A DNA stretch of 55,589 bases from a plasmid: the sequence record NZ_CP025692.1; one strand, written 5' to 3'. How positions within the stretch are numbered: the stretch's first letter is position 1; each line of letters starts with the position of its first letter. The notes under the pieces were generated by a model. That model was given only the letters and a program-made list of their open reading frames with translations, was not told the DNA's origin and did not search any database. A program made the position numbers and the translations under genes. Positions 1 through 9,081 of this stretch are shown here, piece by piece.

Positions 1-235
1 GATATTTTTGACCAAAGTCCAAATCTTTTCATATGAAATCCTCCATTATCTAAATTGCATCCTTCTAAATCTAATTATAGGCAATTGAATATTTGCATAC
101 AAGTTATTCGATTGTGCCATTCTTTTTAAAATAGGAATTTTTGATTTGCCTTTTTCTCAATTACAGGCGTTAAAGAATAATCGGTTTAGTTATTGCACTT
201 ACAAACAATTTAGCATACGGACTTAAAAAGGAGTT

Positions 236-703
236 TTGATGATGAAAACAAATTTGCAATTTTTTGCTGATCCTAACCCAGAACCTAAGCCAAACGATTC
301 CAACCCAAATCCTGATGGTAAAAATCCAAAGCCAGCTGGCAAGACCTACACACAGGATGATATTGGAAAGATGATGGCCTCTAAGGCTAAAGAAGTAGAG
401 AGCAATCTGCGGGATGATTTTGAAAAGGAGCTTAAGCAAAAGGAACAAGAATGGCTTGAAAAGGGTGAAAAACGAGCCAGCATGAATGCTAGTGAGAAGA
501 CCCAAGCCGATTTAGAAGAGCAACGACAAGCCTTAAAAGAACAGCAAGACCGTCTTCAAGAAAAATTAGATGAAGCTGATCGTAAGGATGCTTTAGCTGC
601 AACTAAAACTGTTCTAACTGACAAGCACATTCCAGCTGAATTTGCGGAGTTTATTAGTGATGTTAAAGAAGATGTTCGTAACAATAACTTAGATAAGTGG
701 TAG
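236..703 (+). pseudogene. N-terminal 155-aa fragment of a phage scaffold-like protein, cut short by the IS30-IR palindrome
   Basis: RBS aaaggag precedes the ATG. The N-terminus MKTNLQFFAD is followed by a Pro/Asn-rich linker and then a coiled coil, as in phage scaffolding proteins I recall. The stop TAG lies inside the IS30 IR at 699-751. Confidence 0.4.
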
Positions 704-752
704 ATTGTAAAATTAATCCGAACAGCGTTCGGATTAATTTTACAATCTACCA
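698..752. repeat. 55-bp perfect palindrome: two inverted copies of the 25-bp ISLpl1-type IS30 terminal IR separated by 3 bp
   Basis: tGGTAGATTGTAAAATTAATCCGAAC-agc-GTTCGGATTAATTTTACAATCTACCa. The same 25-mer is the right IR of the intact IS30 copy at 51300-51324. Confidence 0.85.
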
Positions 753-830
753 CACAACCAAAAAGCCACTCATCTCATCACGGGTTGAAGTGAACCCCCG
801 AGATTGGACAACAATCTCGGGGGTTTTACT

Positions 831-1361
831 ATGACTAAATTTAATTTAGAGTTACGGATTTCTATTGTGACACAATATTTAACGGGTATTAGTTCCATTC
901 AATTGGCCAGAAAATACCATGTTGCCAACAATGAAACGATTCTCCTATGGGTTCATCGCTTTAATCGTTTTGGCATTGCAGGATTAAAACCGAAACCTAT
1001 GAATTTGGAATACTCTAGTGAGTTCAAGATAGAAGTATTAAACTGGAAACAACAGCACAAAGCTTCGCTTCCAGAAACAGCACTACATTTCAACCTCTCT
1101 TCACCAAGTACTATCTGGCAATGGCAAAGAAAGTTTGATTTAGAGGGGCTCAGTAGACTAAATAGAGTGAGAGGAAATCCAAAGACTATGTCTAAACATA
1201 AAAAAGTGACCAAACCCACAACGGCACAAATCCAAGCACGCCACGATAAAGATGAGTTAAAGCAACTCAAGCAAGAAAATAAGATGTTAAGAATCGAGAA
1301 CGAATTTTTAAAAAAACTCGATGCCTTAGATCACGAAAAATCAGCTCACGAGAAACCGTGA
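831..1361 (+). CDS. IS3 transposase OrfA (HTH, leucine zipper)
   Basis: MTKFNLELRISIVTQYL... with a C-terminal coiled coil. ATG at 831 follows the left IR hairpin. Confidence 0.8.
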   Translation: MTKFNLELRISIVTQYLTGISSIQLARKYHVANNETILLWVHRFNRFGIAGLKPKPMNLEYSSEFKIEVLNWKQQHKASLPETALHFNLSSPSTIWQWQRKFDLEGLSRLNRVRGNPKTMSKHKKVTKPTTAQIQARHDKDELKQLKQENKMLRIENEFLKKLDALDHEKSAHEKP

Positions 1362-2245
1362 CCTTAATTGATGATCTGAGGCGGGTCTTCAAAACGTCGA
1401 TTAGTTTTATCCTTAAAGCCGTTAAGGTACCACGTAGCACGTACTATTACACTAAGCACAGTCAGGGACGAAAATATGAGGATGACCAGGTTATCCAAGC
1501 CATTGATGAAATTCGGCAAACAGATGCCAAGTATACTCAAAAATACGGTTACCGTCGCATAACGTTAGTTATGCATGAACAGGGATTTAAAGTTAATCAT
1601 AAACGCGTCCTCCGAATTATGAAGGAGCAAGGCTGGACATGTCAGGCCTTTAATAAGCAAACTCGCAAATATAACTCATACAAAGGAACTGTTGGTAGAA
1701 TCGCCAAAAATAAGTTACACCGTCGATTCAAGACAGATCGACCATATCAAAAACTCGTCGCCGACGTTAGTGAATTTCGATACGGTCAGATGAGTCAAAG
1801 CGAGCGAATCTATTTAGAACCCATCATGGATTTATTTTCGGGTGAAATTTTGGCATTTAACATTAGCGCACACCCAACTCTTGAATTTGCGTTGAAACCA
1901 CTAAAAGAAGCATTAGATGGATTACCTGAGCTTCCTTATAGAACAACGGTACACACAGATCAAGGATTTCAGTATCAACATAAACAGTGGCAAAAAACGC
2001 TTAAAACTCATCATACCTTTCAGAGTATGTCCCGTAAGGCGACTTGCTTAGATAACGCCGCCATGGAATCATTTTTTCATCTCATGAAAGCAGAGATGAT
2101 GGATGAACACTTCGAAAATTCAGAAAGTCTCGCGCAAGCGATGACTGAATGGATTGAATTTTATAATAACCGTAGAATCAGGACCAAACTAAAAGGCAAG
2201 TCACCGGTACAATACCGAGAACTTGCCAATCAGTTAGCAGCTTAA
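1358..2245 (+). CDS. IS3 transposase OrfB (DDE integrase core), presumably made by a -1 frameshift fusion with OrfA
   Basis: Integrase-core motifs (DRPYQKLVADVSEF..., HTDQGFQYQ, CLDNAAMESFF) in the -1 frame after the A7 slippery site. Confidence 0.8.
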   Translation: MTLIDDLRRVFKTSISFILKAVKVPRSTYYYTKHSQGRKYEDDQVIQAIDEIRQTDAKYTQKYGYRRITLVMHEQGFKVNHKRVLRIMKEQGWTCQAFNKQTRKYNSYKGTVGRIAKNKLHRRFKTDRPYQKLVADVSEFRYGQMSQSERIYLEPIMDLFSGEILAFNISAHPTLEFALKPLKEALDGLPELPYRTTVHTDQGFQYQHKQWQKTLKTHHTFQSMSRKATCLDNAAMESFFHLMKAEMMDEHFENSESLAQAMTEWIEFYNNRRIRTKLKGKSPVQYRELANQLAA

Positions 2246-2499
2246 TTTAGTTGTCCAAACTTGTGGGTTCACTTCAGGTGGGTGGCTTTTTTGAGTAAGT
2301 TAAGTGACAGCATTGATTGTTATATGATTGTGTATGTCCTAAATGGACACAAGCAACGCTCCTAAGCAAAGCCTGTATGTAATGATTTCAGAAAAGCCCT
2401 CTATTCCGCATAATAGAGGACTTTTTTGTGTGCATTCTGCTTAATTTAAACGGACAAGTATACATCTAAAAGGTGAACGTGTCGTCTGAGAGTACGTGA

Positions 2500-2868
2500 T
2501 TATTTACTTTTTACTTTGTTAGCATCGCCGGTTTCCAAAGTCTGTATTTGAGTCGTAAGCGTATTTTGTTCAGACTCAGTTAACGATTCAAAAAAAGTTT
2601 TTTGTAATTGGGCTAATCCGTTTTGTTGAGTTGAGCTATACCCTAAAATTACCATAGCTTTCATAAAGTTTTTTAGATGATTGTCAATTCTGAGCGTAGT
2701 ATCAAAAGTAACACCATCTATTTGTTTAGACTTCGTTTTGTTTGATTCGTTTAGAGAAGATATGGAAATTTCTTTTTGGGGCTGGGGCGCCGATTTTCTA
2801 GGAATTATTTTGCTTTTATTTGAGTTAGGATTGTGTAAAAGTTCCACCATGCTAGTCCGCCCTTTCAA
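2500..2868 (-). CDS. small partition-protein candidate (ParG/ParB-like) immediately downstream of parA
   Basis: 122 aa, overlaps the parA stop, basic N-terminus. Position typical for the second gene of a type Ib par operon. No motif recognised. Confidence 0.35.
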   Translation of the reverse strand: MKGRTSMVELLHNPNSNKSKIIPRKSAPQPQKEISISSLNESNKTKSKQIDGVTFDTTLRIDNHLKNFMKAMVILGYSSTQQNGLAQLQKTFFESLTESEQNTLTTQIQTLETGDANKVKSK

Positions 2869-3652
2869 TAATTTCTTGTGCCACAGAATCGTATAATCTA
2901 ATTATTTTTTTATCGAACTGATCTTTTAGAAATACACCTCTGATTGAATATCTTTTGATTCTTTCCATATTACGAATTAGGGTTTTTAACATGTTTTCTT
3001 TCCCAAATTCTTCTTCTGCTACTTCTAATGTGCTGTGATCAACAGGCGCCCCATTCTTTAATAGCACAGGAAGTATACCGAGTAAATTCAAACTAGGTGC
3101 TTCGTATTCATCGATTACCTGTTCCTGTATATATTTTAGAAACGATTCGGCACCCTGAAGACTGTGCTCTTGAGTTTGAAGGATAATCAGAACCCAATCT
3201 GAAGCGTATAAGGCGCTATCAGAAATTAAGGAAATAGTCGGTGGCAAATCAAATACCACAAAATCATATTTTTCTTTTAGTGAAGCAAGTAGCTTGCTAA
3301 AATATGTAACTCTATCTTTATAATTATTTTTAAACTTTTTTTCCATAATCCGTGGGTACAATGAAAAATCTGCGCTTGATGGAATAAAGTCAATGTTTTT
3401 ATCCAAAGTAACCAACGACCTTGATAAGTCCTCTTCTTGGATTGATGCAAGCAAGGTTTGATTAAATTTAATATCATCGTGGCCTAAATTAGCCGCGGTT
3501 TTAAAGTAAATATCTGTAGCGTTTGCTTGAGGATCGAAATCAATTAATAGCGTTTTTTTACCAGCACGAGCTAGTGCCAGGCATGCAAGCGTGGCATTTG
3601 TTGTTTTACCGGTGCCACCTTTAAAATTTCCAAAAGTAATTACTTCACCCAT
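2852..3652 (-). CDS. parA: ParA-family partition ATPase (small, type Ib)
   Basis: Deviant Walker A GNFKGGTGKTT. RBS GGAGG 8 nt before the ATG at 3652. I prefer this over the upstream ATG at 3667. Confidence 0.9.
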   Translation of the reverse strand: MGEVITFGNFKGGTGKTTNATLACLALARAGKKTLLIDFDPQANATDIYFKTAANLGHDDIKFNQTLLASIQEEDLSRSLVTLDKNIDFIPSSADFSLYPRIMEKKFKNNYKDRVTYFSKLLASLKEKYDFVVFDLPPTISLISDSALYASDWVLIILQTQEHSLQGAESFLKYIQEQVIDEYEAPSLNLLGILPVLLKNGAPVDHSTLEVAEEEFGKENMLKTLIRNMERIKRYSIRGVFLKDQFDKKIIRLYDSVAQEIIERAD

Positions 3653-3667
3653 TATACTGACCTCCAA

Positions 3668-3900
3668 TTAAGTATCCTAATATACAAGGATACTTGGATA
3701 CAAGGATGATAACATACAAAGATACTTGGATACAAGGATACAAGGATACATTTCTTCTCAAAAGCCGTTAAATTAAGATTGACTGCAAGTATCCTAATAT
3801 ACTTAGATACAAGGATACAAGGATACTTAGATACAAGGATATGAATATACAAGGATACAAGGATACAAGGATACATAAAAAGAAATGTTGATTTATCACC
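3668..3900. repeat. iteron array: about 20 tandem 10-bp units (GGATACAAGG / GGATACTTAG) in two blocks, candidate parC centromere or origin iterons
   Basis: Contiguous 10-bp direct repeats with no spacers, directly upstream of parA. Each block starts with GTATCCTAATATAC. Confidence 0.6.
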
Positions 3901-3949
3901 AAACAACGAGTAATATTGGTTACATAAAATAGAACATAAAAAAACACCC

Positions 3950-4258
3950 ACCGACGGGAATCGGTGAGCGCCACATAAAAGTCAACTTGTTTAATGACTA
4001 TTATATCATGGCCGGTGCGATTTTTAAAGCCCTAGGGGACAAGCTGGGGTCTAAATCCAAGGGGACACGTTTGCCAGGGCGACTTCAATAAGTCTGGCTA
4101 TACCACAACAAAGCTATCTGTACGGCTGGGTGGTGAATGGTGAGCGCGACCATTAACGGCGCGGGTGGTAAAACGAAGCTTCGGCTTGGTGCCACTGATT
4201 AGTTGGTGATCGAACAAACATAAATACGTATCATCAACGCCTGTTAGGGCGTTTTTTA
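3950..4258 (+). ncRNA. GC-rich ORF-free segment with many local hairpins ending in an intrinsic terminator: candidate structured ncRNA or origin/sso-like element
   Basis: GC content is clearly above the window background and there is no credible ORF. Hairpins include CACCGACGGGAATCGGTG, GAATGGTGAGCGCGACCATTAAC and CGAAGCTTCGG. It ends in AACGCCTGTTAGGGCGTTTTTT (4236-4258). Confidence 0.25.
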
Positions 4259-4518
4259 GTAGGCTAAACCGAAAACGTAGGTTTATAATGAGTGGTGGTA
4301 GCAATACCGCAATTGTACAGACAAGCGACGGGCGTTAACGACCGACGAACTAAGGGGAAACTTTTAGTAGTAGAATTGTACTCTGGTTCAGTTATTCCAA
4401 ATAGCTGATTCCAGGGAACAATTCTGCGCTCAAAACGTCACTCCCTCTAAACTGAATGGAAAACCATAACCCGTCAAGTCAAAACCAACATTAGAATCAA
4501 GAAAGTTGATGATTTAAA

Positions 4519-4797
4519 ATGCTTGATTTAAGAGATTGTGAGATTGCTTTTACCGGACGTCTAACTACCATGACTCGGGATCAAGCTTTTAGTTTGGCGA
4601 AAGTCTTTGGGGCGAAACCACAAAATTGGGTTACGAAACAGACAGATTATTTAGTGGTTGGGTTAATTGAGACGGCTTTAGGTGAGGAGCCCATCACAAA
4701 AAAGTTATTGACGGGAACACCAACGATTTCAGAACGGGATTTTTTGGACTGGTGTCAGGCACGATTGGCGCAATGGTCTAGGAGTTTAGGCGGTTAA
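4519..4797 (+). CDS. stand-alone BRCT-domain protein (92 aa)
   Basis: IAFTGRLTTMTRDQAFSLAKVFGAKPQNWVTKQTDYLVVG matches the BRCT pattern of the LigA C-terminus. The ORF starts right after an in-frame stop, with no upstream coding remnant. Confidence 0.5.
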   Translation: MLDLRDCEIAFTGRLTTMTRDQAFSLAKVFGAKPQNWVTKQTDYLVVGLIETALGEEPITKKLLTGTPTISERDFLDWCQARLAQWSRSLGG

Positions 4798-5094
4798 ATT
4801 CACAAAGTGAGTTTACTGATTTTTTGGGGATTTTTCATCTAGACCACTCCTCTACCGTCAAATTTCACAAAGGCCAAATAACGGATCGTTGTTTTATCAG
4901 GGAGTGAGGGGGTTACTTGGGATAAGCCGCCTTATGTGAAGTAGAAATTGGTATACTAAAAAAGGCTCCCGGTTTAACACCGGAGGCCTTTTTTCTAGGT
5001 TACATATTTTGAGGATGAATGTTTTTATCTTCGTAGCTTTTACTTGGGTGCTGTAACATGACTGCTTAGTTTTTGGTGCCGTACCCCTCAACAG

Positions 5095-5403
5095 ATGCGT
5101 CGCTTCATTGGCATTATCTTAAATGCTAAGTACCGAGTTGAGAAAGATCACAAAGATATTGGCGTCATAATCCCACTTGATGATGAAGAACTTAAACCGC
5201 TAATGACTAAAGCCTTGAGACGCTACTTTAACGTCCTAAGAAGTAATGAGAAGCACATCAAGAACGTGGAAAATTACCTGTACGGCACCATGCAAAACCT
5301 ATTTGGCGTTTGGTGGAATAAACAAGCGGCTAGAGAATATGCGGCCAAACACCCCGAAGAAGAAAAGTCGGCCGACAACGATAACAGTGGGTTGTACTAC
5401 TAG
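5095..5403 (+). CDS. hypothetical protein, possibly a 3' gene remnant
   Basis: The ORF is open upstream to a TTG/GTG, so it may be N-terminally truncated. No family recognised. Confidence 0.3.
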   Translation: MRRFIGIILNAKYRVEKDHKDIGVIIPLDDEELKPLMTKALRRYFNVLRSNEKHIKNVENYLYGTMQNLFGVWWNKQAAREYAAKHPEEEKSADNDNSGLYY

Positions 5404-5622
5404 TCCCAAAAGGCTACAAAATCATTTCTAAGCGGTTTTAAGACTTACTAACCTATTTATACTTAAGTTAGATCTAGATGGCTTAAACAGAAGAATATGG
5501 GCTTTTAAATGAGTGCAGAGCTAACCAGGCTAACCAGCTCAAAATTTCAGCCTTTAGATCAACGCCAAGCTCAAGTGATTTGAGGCCAGGGTTTTATCCG
5601 TAGCCAAGGTAATCGTCGTTAA

Positions 5623-5793
5623 AGAAATGAGTTACACCAATTTTCGGTTATCCCCCAACGGTGGCTCATTGAACGTTCATTTAGTTGGTTGGGAAATTAT
5701 CATCGTTTATGGCGTAACTGTGAGCGTAAGCTCAACACTAGTCTCATGATGGTTTCGTTAGCTTTTATCAGGTTACTTCTCAAAAGATACTAA
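5623..5793 (+). pseudogene. IS5-family (IS427-group) transposase C-terminal remnant
   Basis: [56 protein letters not shown] aligns to the C-terminus of the OrfB at 7399-7737. Confidence 0.75.
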
Positions 5794-5794
5794 A

Positions 5795-6061
5795 CAGTTT
5801 CTCACACCAGTTTTGATCTTTGCCATTTACTATCATGGCAATGAGGCTAAGATTGAAGGATTACTGACGGCATCACAAGTGTTCCTGAGTATTGCTTTAC
5901 CGTTTGCCATCATCCCACTGGTCATGTTCACCAGTAACAAGAAGTTGATGGGTGAGTTCGCCAATCATACTTGGGTCAAGTACGCTGCTTGGTTTGCCAC
6001 CATTGTGCTGGTAACCTTGAACATCTACTTGATTCTCCAGACGGTTGGCTTGCTGAAATAA
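5795..6061 (+). pseudogene. mntH: C-terminal fragment of Nramp-family Mn2+/Fe2+ transporter MntH
   Basis: ...[29 protein letters not shown]... is the last-TMS region of MntH. The frame is open only from the IS remnant boundary. Confidence 0.7.
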
Positions 6062-6217
6062 CCGTTTAAAGACCTTTATAAAAAATAAGTAGGTTTCCGT
6101 TATATTCTTTATAAAAGTGTTTAGCAGTTGGGAGTCGTTGACAATTTAAAAATTTGTCTGCGGCTTCTTTTCTTTTAGTCTAAAATAGAGGTTAATAACT
6201 AACAGGGGGATTACTAA

Positions 6218-7126
6218 ATGATCAAACCCGAAAAGACAATCAATGGAACCAAATGGATTGAAACGATTCAAATCAATGCCGAAGAACGGGCAACCCTCGA
6301 AGATCAGTATGGCATCGATGAAGATATTATTGAGTACGTCACTGATAATGATGAAAGTACTAATTATGTTTATGATATCAATGAGGACGACCAATTATTC
6401 ATCTTTCTGGCGCCGTATGCCCTCGACAAAGATGCGCTGAGATACATTACCCAGCCATTTGGCATGTTGCTCCATAAGGGCGTTTTATTCACGTTTAATC
6501 AAAGCCACATACCTGAAGTCAACACGGCACTTTACTCGGCATTGGATAATCCCGAGGTTAAGAGCGTCGATGCATTTATTCTGGAAACACTGTTTACAGT
6601 TGTTGACAGCTTTATCCCAATTTCTCGCGGCATTACCAAGAAACGCAACTATTTGGATAAAATGTTGAACCGGAAGACGAAGAACAGTGACTTGGTTTCA
6701 CTTTCATATCTTCAACAGACGTTGACCTTTTTGTCCAGCGCGGTCCAAACCAATCTCAGTGAACTCGATCGTTTGCCAAAGACCCATTTTGGTGTCGGTG
6801 CTGAACAAGATAAAATTGATTTATTCGAAGACGTGCAAATTGAAGGAGAACAGGTCCAACGGATGTTTGAGATTGAAACCCAAGTCGTTGACCGAATCGA
6901 TCATACCTTCAACAGCCTTGCTAATAACAACCTGAACGATACAATGAAATTTTTGACAATTTGGTCACTGACCATGGCTGTGCCAACGATCATTACCGGA
7001 TTCTATGGGATGAACGTGAAACTCCCGTTAGCCGGGATGCAATATGCTTGGATGCTGACTTTGGGGATTTCTGTCGCCTTGATTGTGGCGATGCTGATTA
7101 TGCTGAAGGTCTGGCGGAAGATGTGA
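6218..7126 (+). CDS. corA: CorA-family Mg2+/Co2+ transporter
   Basis: C-terminal two TMS with the YGMN motif (GFYGMNVKLP), 302 aa. Confidence 0.85.
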   Translation: MIKPEKTINGTKWIETIQINAEERATLEDQYGIDEDIIEYVTDNDESTNYVYDINEDDQLFIFLAPYALDKDALRYITQPFGMLLHKGVLFTFNQSHIPEVNTALYSALDNPEVKSVDAFILETLFTVVDSFIPISRGITKKRNYLDKMLNRKTKNSDLVSLSYLQQTLTFLSSAVQTNLSELDRLPKTHFGVGAEQDKIDLFEDVQIEGEQVQRMFEIETQVVDRIDHTFNSLANNNLNDTMKFLTIWSLTMAVPTIITGFYGMNVKLPLAGMQYAWMLTLGISVALIVAMLIMLKVWRKM

Positions 7127-7238
7127 TGGGTGAGGGACTTTTTTTGGAATGTGTATAGTTGAGCAGTTATGCTATTTTGAGCACCCTTCGGCTTCTGAAA
7201 TACGCTCCGACGACCCTGACCCCGGCCACATAAGACAA

Positions 7239-7279
7239 AAAATCCAGTAACGAACGGTTTTTGTTCGTTACTGGATTTT
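7239..7279. terminator. bidirectional intrinsic terminator
   Basis: AAAATCCAGTAACGAAC-ggttttt-GTTCGTTACTGGATTTT, a 17-bp perfect stem flanked by A/T runs. Confidence 0.6.
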
Positions 7280-7387
7280 CTGCCTTATGCTCTGGGGTCA
7301 ACCCGGGTCTTGTCGCGCTCTTATTTTTTACCATTTCTTTACCCAATCAATACCAAGCAAAAACATTACCCTTCTATACTAAAAGTG

Positions 7388-8248
7388 TTAGAAGCTGTCT
7401 AAAATCTCTTAAGTAATAGTGCTAAAAATGCTAAAACGACCATTTTCAGACTGGTGGTTAATTGACGCTCACAATTTTTCCAAAGTCGCCGACAATTCTC
7501 TAGCCAACTAAAAGATCGTTCGACTACCCAACGTTGGGGCATGACTTCGAATCGATGCAACTCATTGCGCTTCGCAACCTGCACGGTTGCGTTTAAATTA
7601 CTGGCTACATCGAGCTGAAAATTAACGCCTGAATAACCACCATCAACTAAGACATTTTGAACCTGGCGTAAATGCATGGCATGTAAAGCGATCATTGCAC
7701 TGGCCCCGTCTCGATCAGAGACGTTCGCTCGCATCATGTGAATGGCCTACGGAAAGCCATTGATATCAACTGCCAGATGGCGCTTAATCCCCGAGATTTT
7801 CTTACCAGCGTCGTAACCTTTGTTTTCAGCAGTAGCGGTGTTTTTGACGCTCTGAGCGTCAACGATAATAAAGGAAGTTAAAGCTGAACGTCCTTGGTAA
7901 GTTCGCCGAGCAATGACAATTTTTTTAAAACTTGTTCCAATAAAGAATCAGCGGTTGGTTCAACTTTAGTTGACCAAATTTTGTAATAGTTGTAAACTGA
8001 CCGCCATTCTGGGAAATCACCGGGGACTTGACGCCATTGGCAACCGGTTTTCAAGACATATAGGACCGCACAGAAGACCTCGTAGAGGTCATATTTTCGA
8101 GGCTTAGTTCGCTTACGAAAATTTTCTAAAGCTGGTCGAATTAATTCAAATTATTGCCGAGTAATATTGCTGGGATAATTTTTCATAGCTTAAACTCGCT
8201 TTTTACATAGAAGTATATCAAAAATCATAGATCTTGGACAGCTTCTAA
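7388..8248 (-). mobile_element. IS5-family IS427-group element, copy A (861 bp), orfA inactivated
   Basis: 20-bp IRs TTAGAAGCTGTCTAAAATCT and AGATCTTGGACAGCTTCTAA. OrfB at 7399-7737. orfA codon 12 is TAA here but CAA in copy B. Confidence 0.8.
7399..7737 (-). CDS. IS427-group transposase OrfB (C-terminal DDE part)
   Basis: ...QRWVVERSFSWLENCRRLWKNCERQL... The same protein occurs in copy B. Confidence 0.75.
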   Translation of the reverse strand: MMRANVSDRDGASAMIALHAMHLRQVQNVLVDGGYSGVNFQLDVASNLNATVQVAKRNELHRFEVMPQRWVVERSFSWLENCRRLWKNCERQLTTSLKMVVLAFLALLLKRF

Positions 8249-8301
8249 ACACAATCCAGAAATTAAGCCAAAAAACAATCCTGAAAATAAAAACGATCGG
8301 C

Positions 8302-8580
8302 CTAGTTATTAGGTTGATCGTTTTTTAATTTATCCGGTTTATGGGCGTTAACATAGTCAGCAAATGTTTTTAAAAGTTCTTCGGTTTGTTCGACCGAGAG
8401 GTTATTAGCTTGAAAGTACTTTTCTAATAAAGCCCCTTTTTGAATTAATCGGCGAGAACGGGCTTTGCGGGCTTGCCGATTTTCATAGTATTTAGATTGC
8501 CGTAATTTAAAATCTTCCCGCTCAATTTTTTGTTTTAAACGCGCTTGCTGCTCGACTAGTTTTTCATATTGATTAGACAT
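8302..8580 (-). CDS. small basic coiled-coil protein, putative mobilisation accessory protein
   Basis: 92 aa, highly charged. Located in a two-gene unit transcribed away from oriT and the relaxase gene. Confidence 0.3.
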   Translation of the reverse strand: MSNQYEKLVEQQARLKQKIEREDFKLRQSKYYENRQARKARSRRLIQKGALLEKYFQANNLSVEQTEELLKTFADYVNAHKPDKLKNDQPNN

Positions 8581-8602
8581 GGAATTTCCCCATCTCGTAT
8601 GG

Positions 8603-8845
8603 CTAATTATCTACGGACTTTACCTTTAAAAATTCAGAAAATTGATTGGCTAAAATCTTAATCTGATCGTTAGACAAATTAGCATAATCTAAATTGGCTT
8701 GACTGATGATTTGTTTACCTAGCCGTTGTTCAATCTTATTTTTTTCGTCCTTAATTTTTTGATTAAGGGCTTTTAATTTAGCTTCTTGTTTTTCTAAGTT
8801 ACTTTGAGACATAACGATCCCTCCAATCATATTAGAAATAATCAC
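8603..8845 (-). CDS. small protein in a MobC-like position (divergent from the relaxase gene across oriT)
   Basis: 80 aa. Its arrangement mirrors RSF1010 mobC-oriT-mobA. Confidence 0.35.
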   Translation of the reverse strand: MIISNMIGGIVMSQSNLEKQEAKLKALNQKIKDEKNKIEQRLGKQIISQANLDYANLSNDQIKILANQFSEFLKVKSVDN

Positions 8846-8939
8846 CGAAACTATATCATATAAGAAACGTTAAGTCAAAGTATAAAATTTGAAATAGCGA
8901 AGCGGAAGGCATACACTAAGTTAAAGTTAAGAGAATCAG

Positions 8940-8990
8940 CAGACCGAGTGAAACGAGGTCAATGCGCACTTACACATAGAATAAATTCTA
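8940..8990 (-). promoter_or_regulatory. candidate oriT with RSF1010-type nic core
   Basis: On the minus strand, TGTGTAAGTGCGCATTGACC contains TAAGTGCGC (9 of 12 matches to the MOBQ nic consensus TAAGTGCGCCCT). It lies between the divergent accessory and relaxase genes. Confidence 0.4.
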
Positions 8991-9081
8991 TGTTATGCTA
9001 ACCCCCAAAAACCTGTATTAGAAGTCGCCGATGGCGACAACAAAGTCAAGCCCATAGAATCAAAGTAAAGAGGTGACTAAC

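Larger units (their letters stand above)
786..2276 (+). mobile_element. IS3-family insertion sequence (IS150-group-like), 1491 bp
   Basis: Terminal IRs TGAAGTGAACCCCCGAGATTGGACAAC and GTTGTCCAAACTTGTGGGTTCACTTCA. orfA and orfB overlap, with a TTTTTAAAAAAAC slippery site at 1305-1317. Confidence 0.85.

Noticed and set aside
2681-3477. Small ORFs 2681-2896 (plus strand) and 3277-3477 (minus strand) overlapping the par genes
   Set aside because: They are out-of-frame overlaps of the ParA and ParB-like genes with no start signals.
3668-3900. Tandem short repeats that could be mistaken for a CRISPR array
   Set aside because: The units are 10 bp and contiguous, with no unique spacers, and lie directly upstream of parA. 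This fits partition or origin iterons, not CRISPR.
3950-4258. Identity of the GC-rich segment as RNase P, SRP/4.5S, tmRNA, 6S RNA or group II intron domain V
   Set aside because: None of the signature motifs (RNase P GGAAAGUCC, the SRP domain IV loop, a tmRNA tag ORF with CCA end, domain V GAGC...GUUC) are present.
4098-4304. 68-aa ORF inside the GC-rich segment
   Set aside because: No RBS, an odd composition (Arg/Pro/Leu from GC-rich DNA), and it crosses an intrinsic terminator. I treated the region as non-coding.
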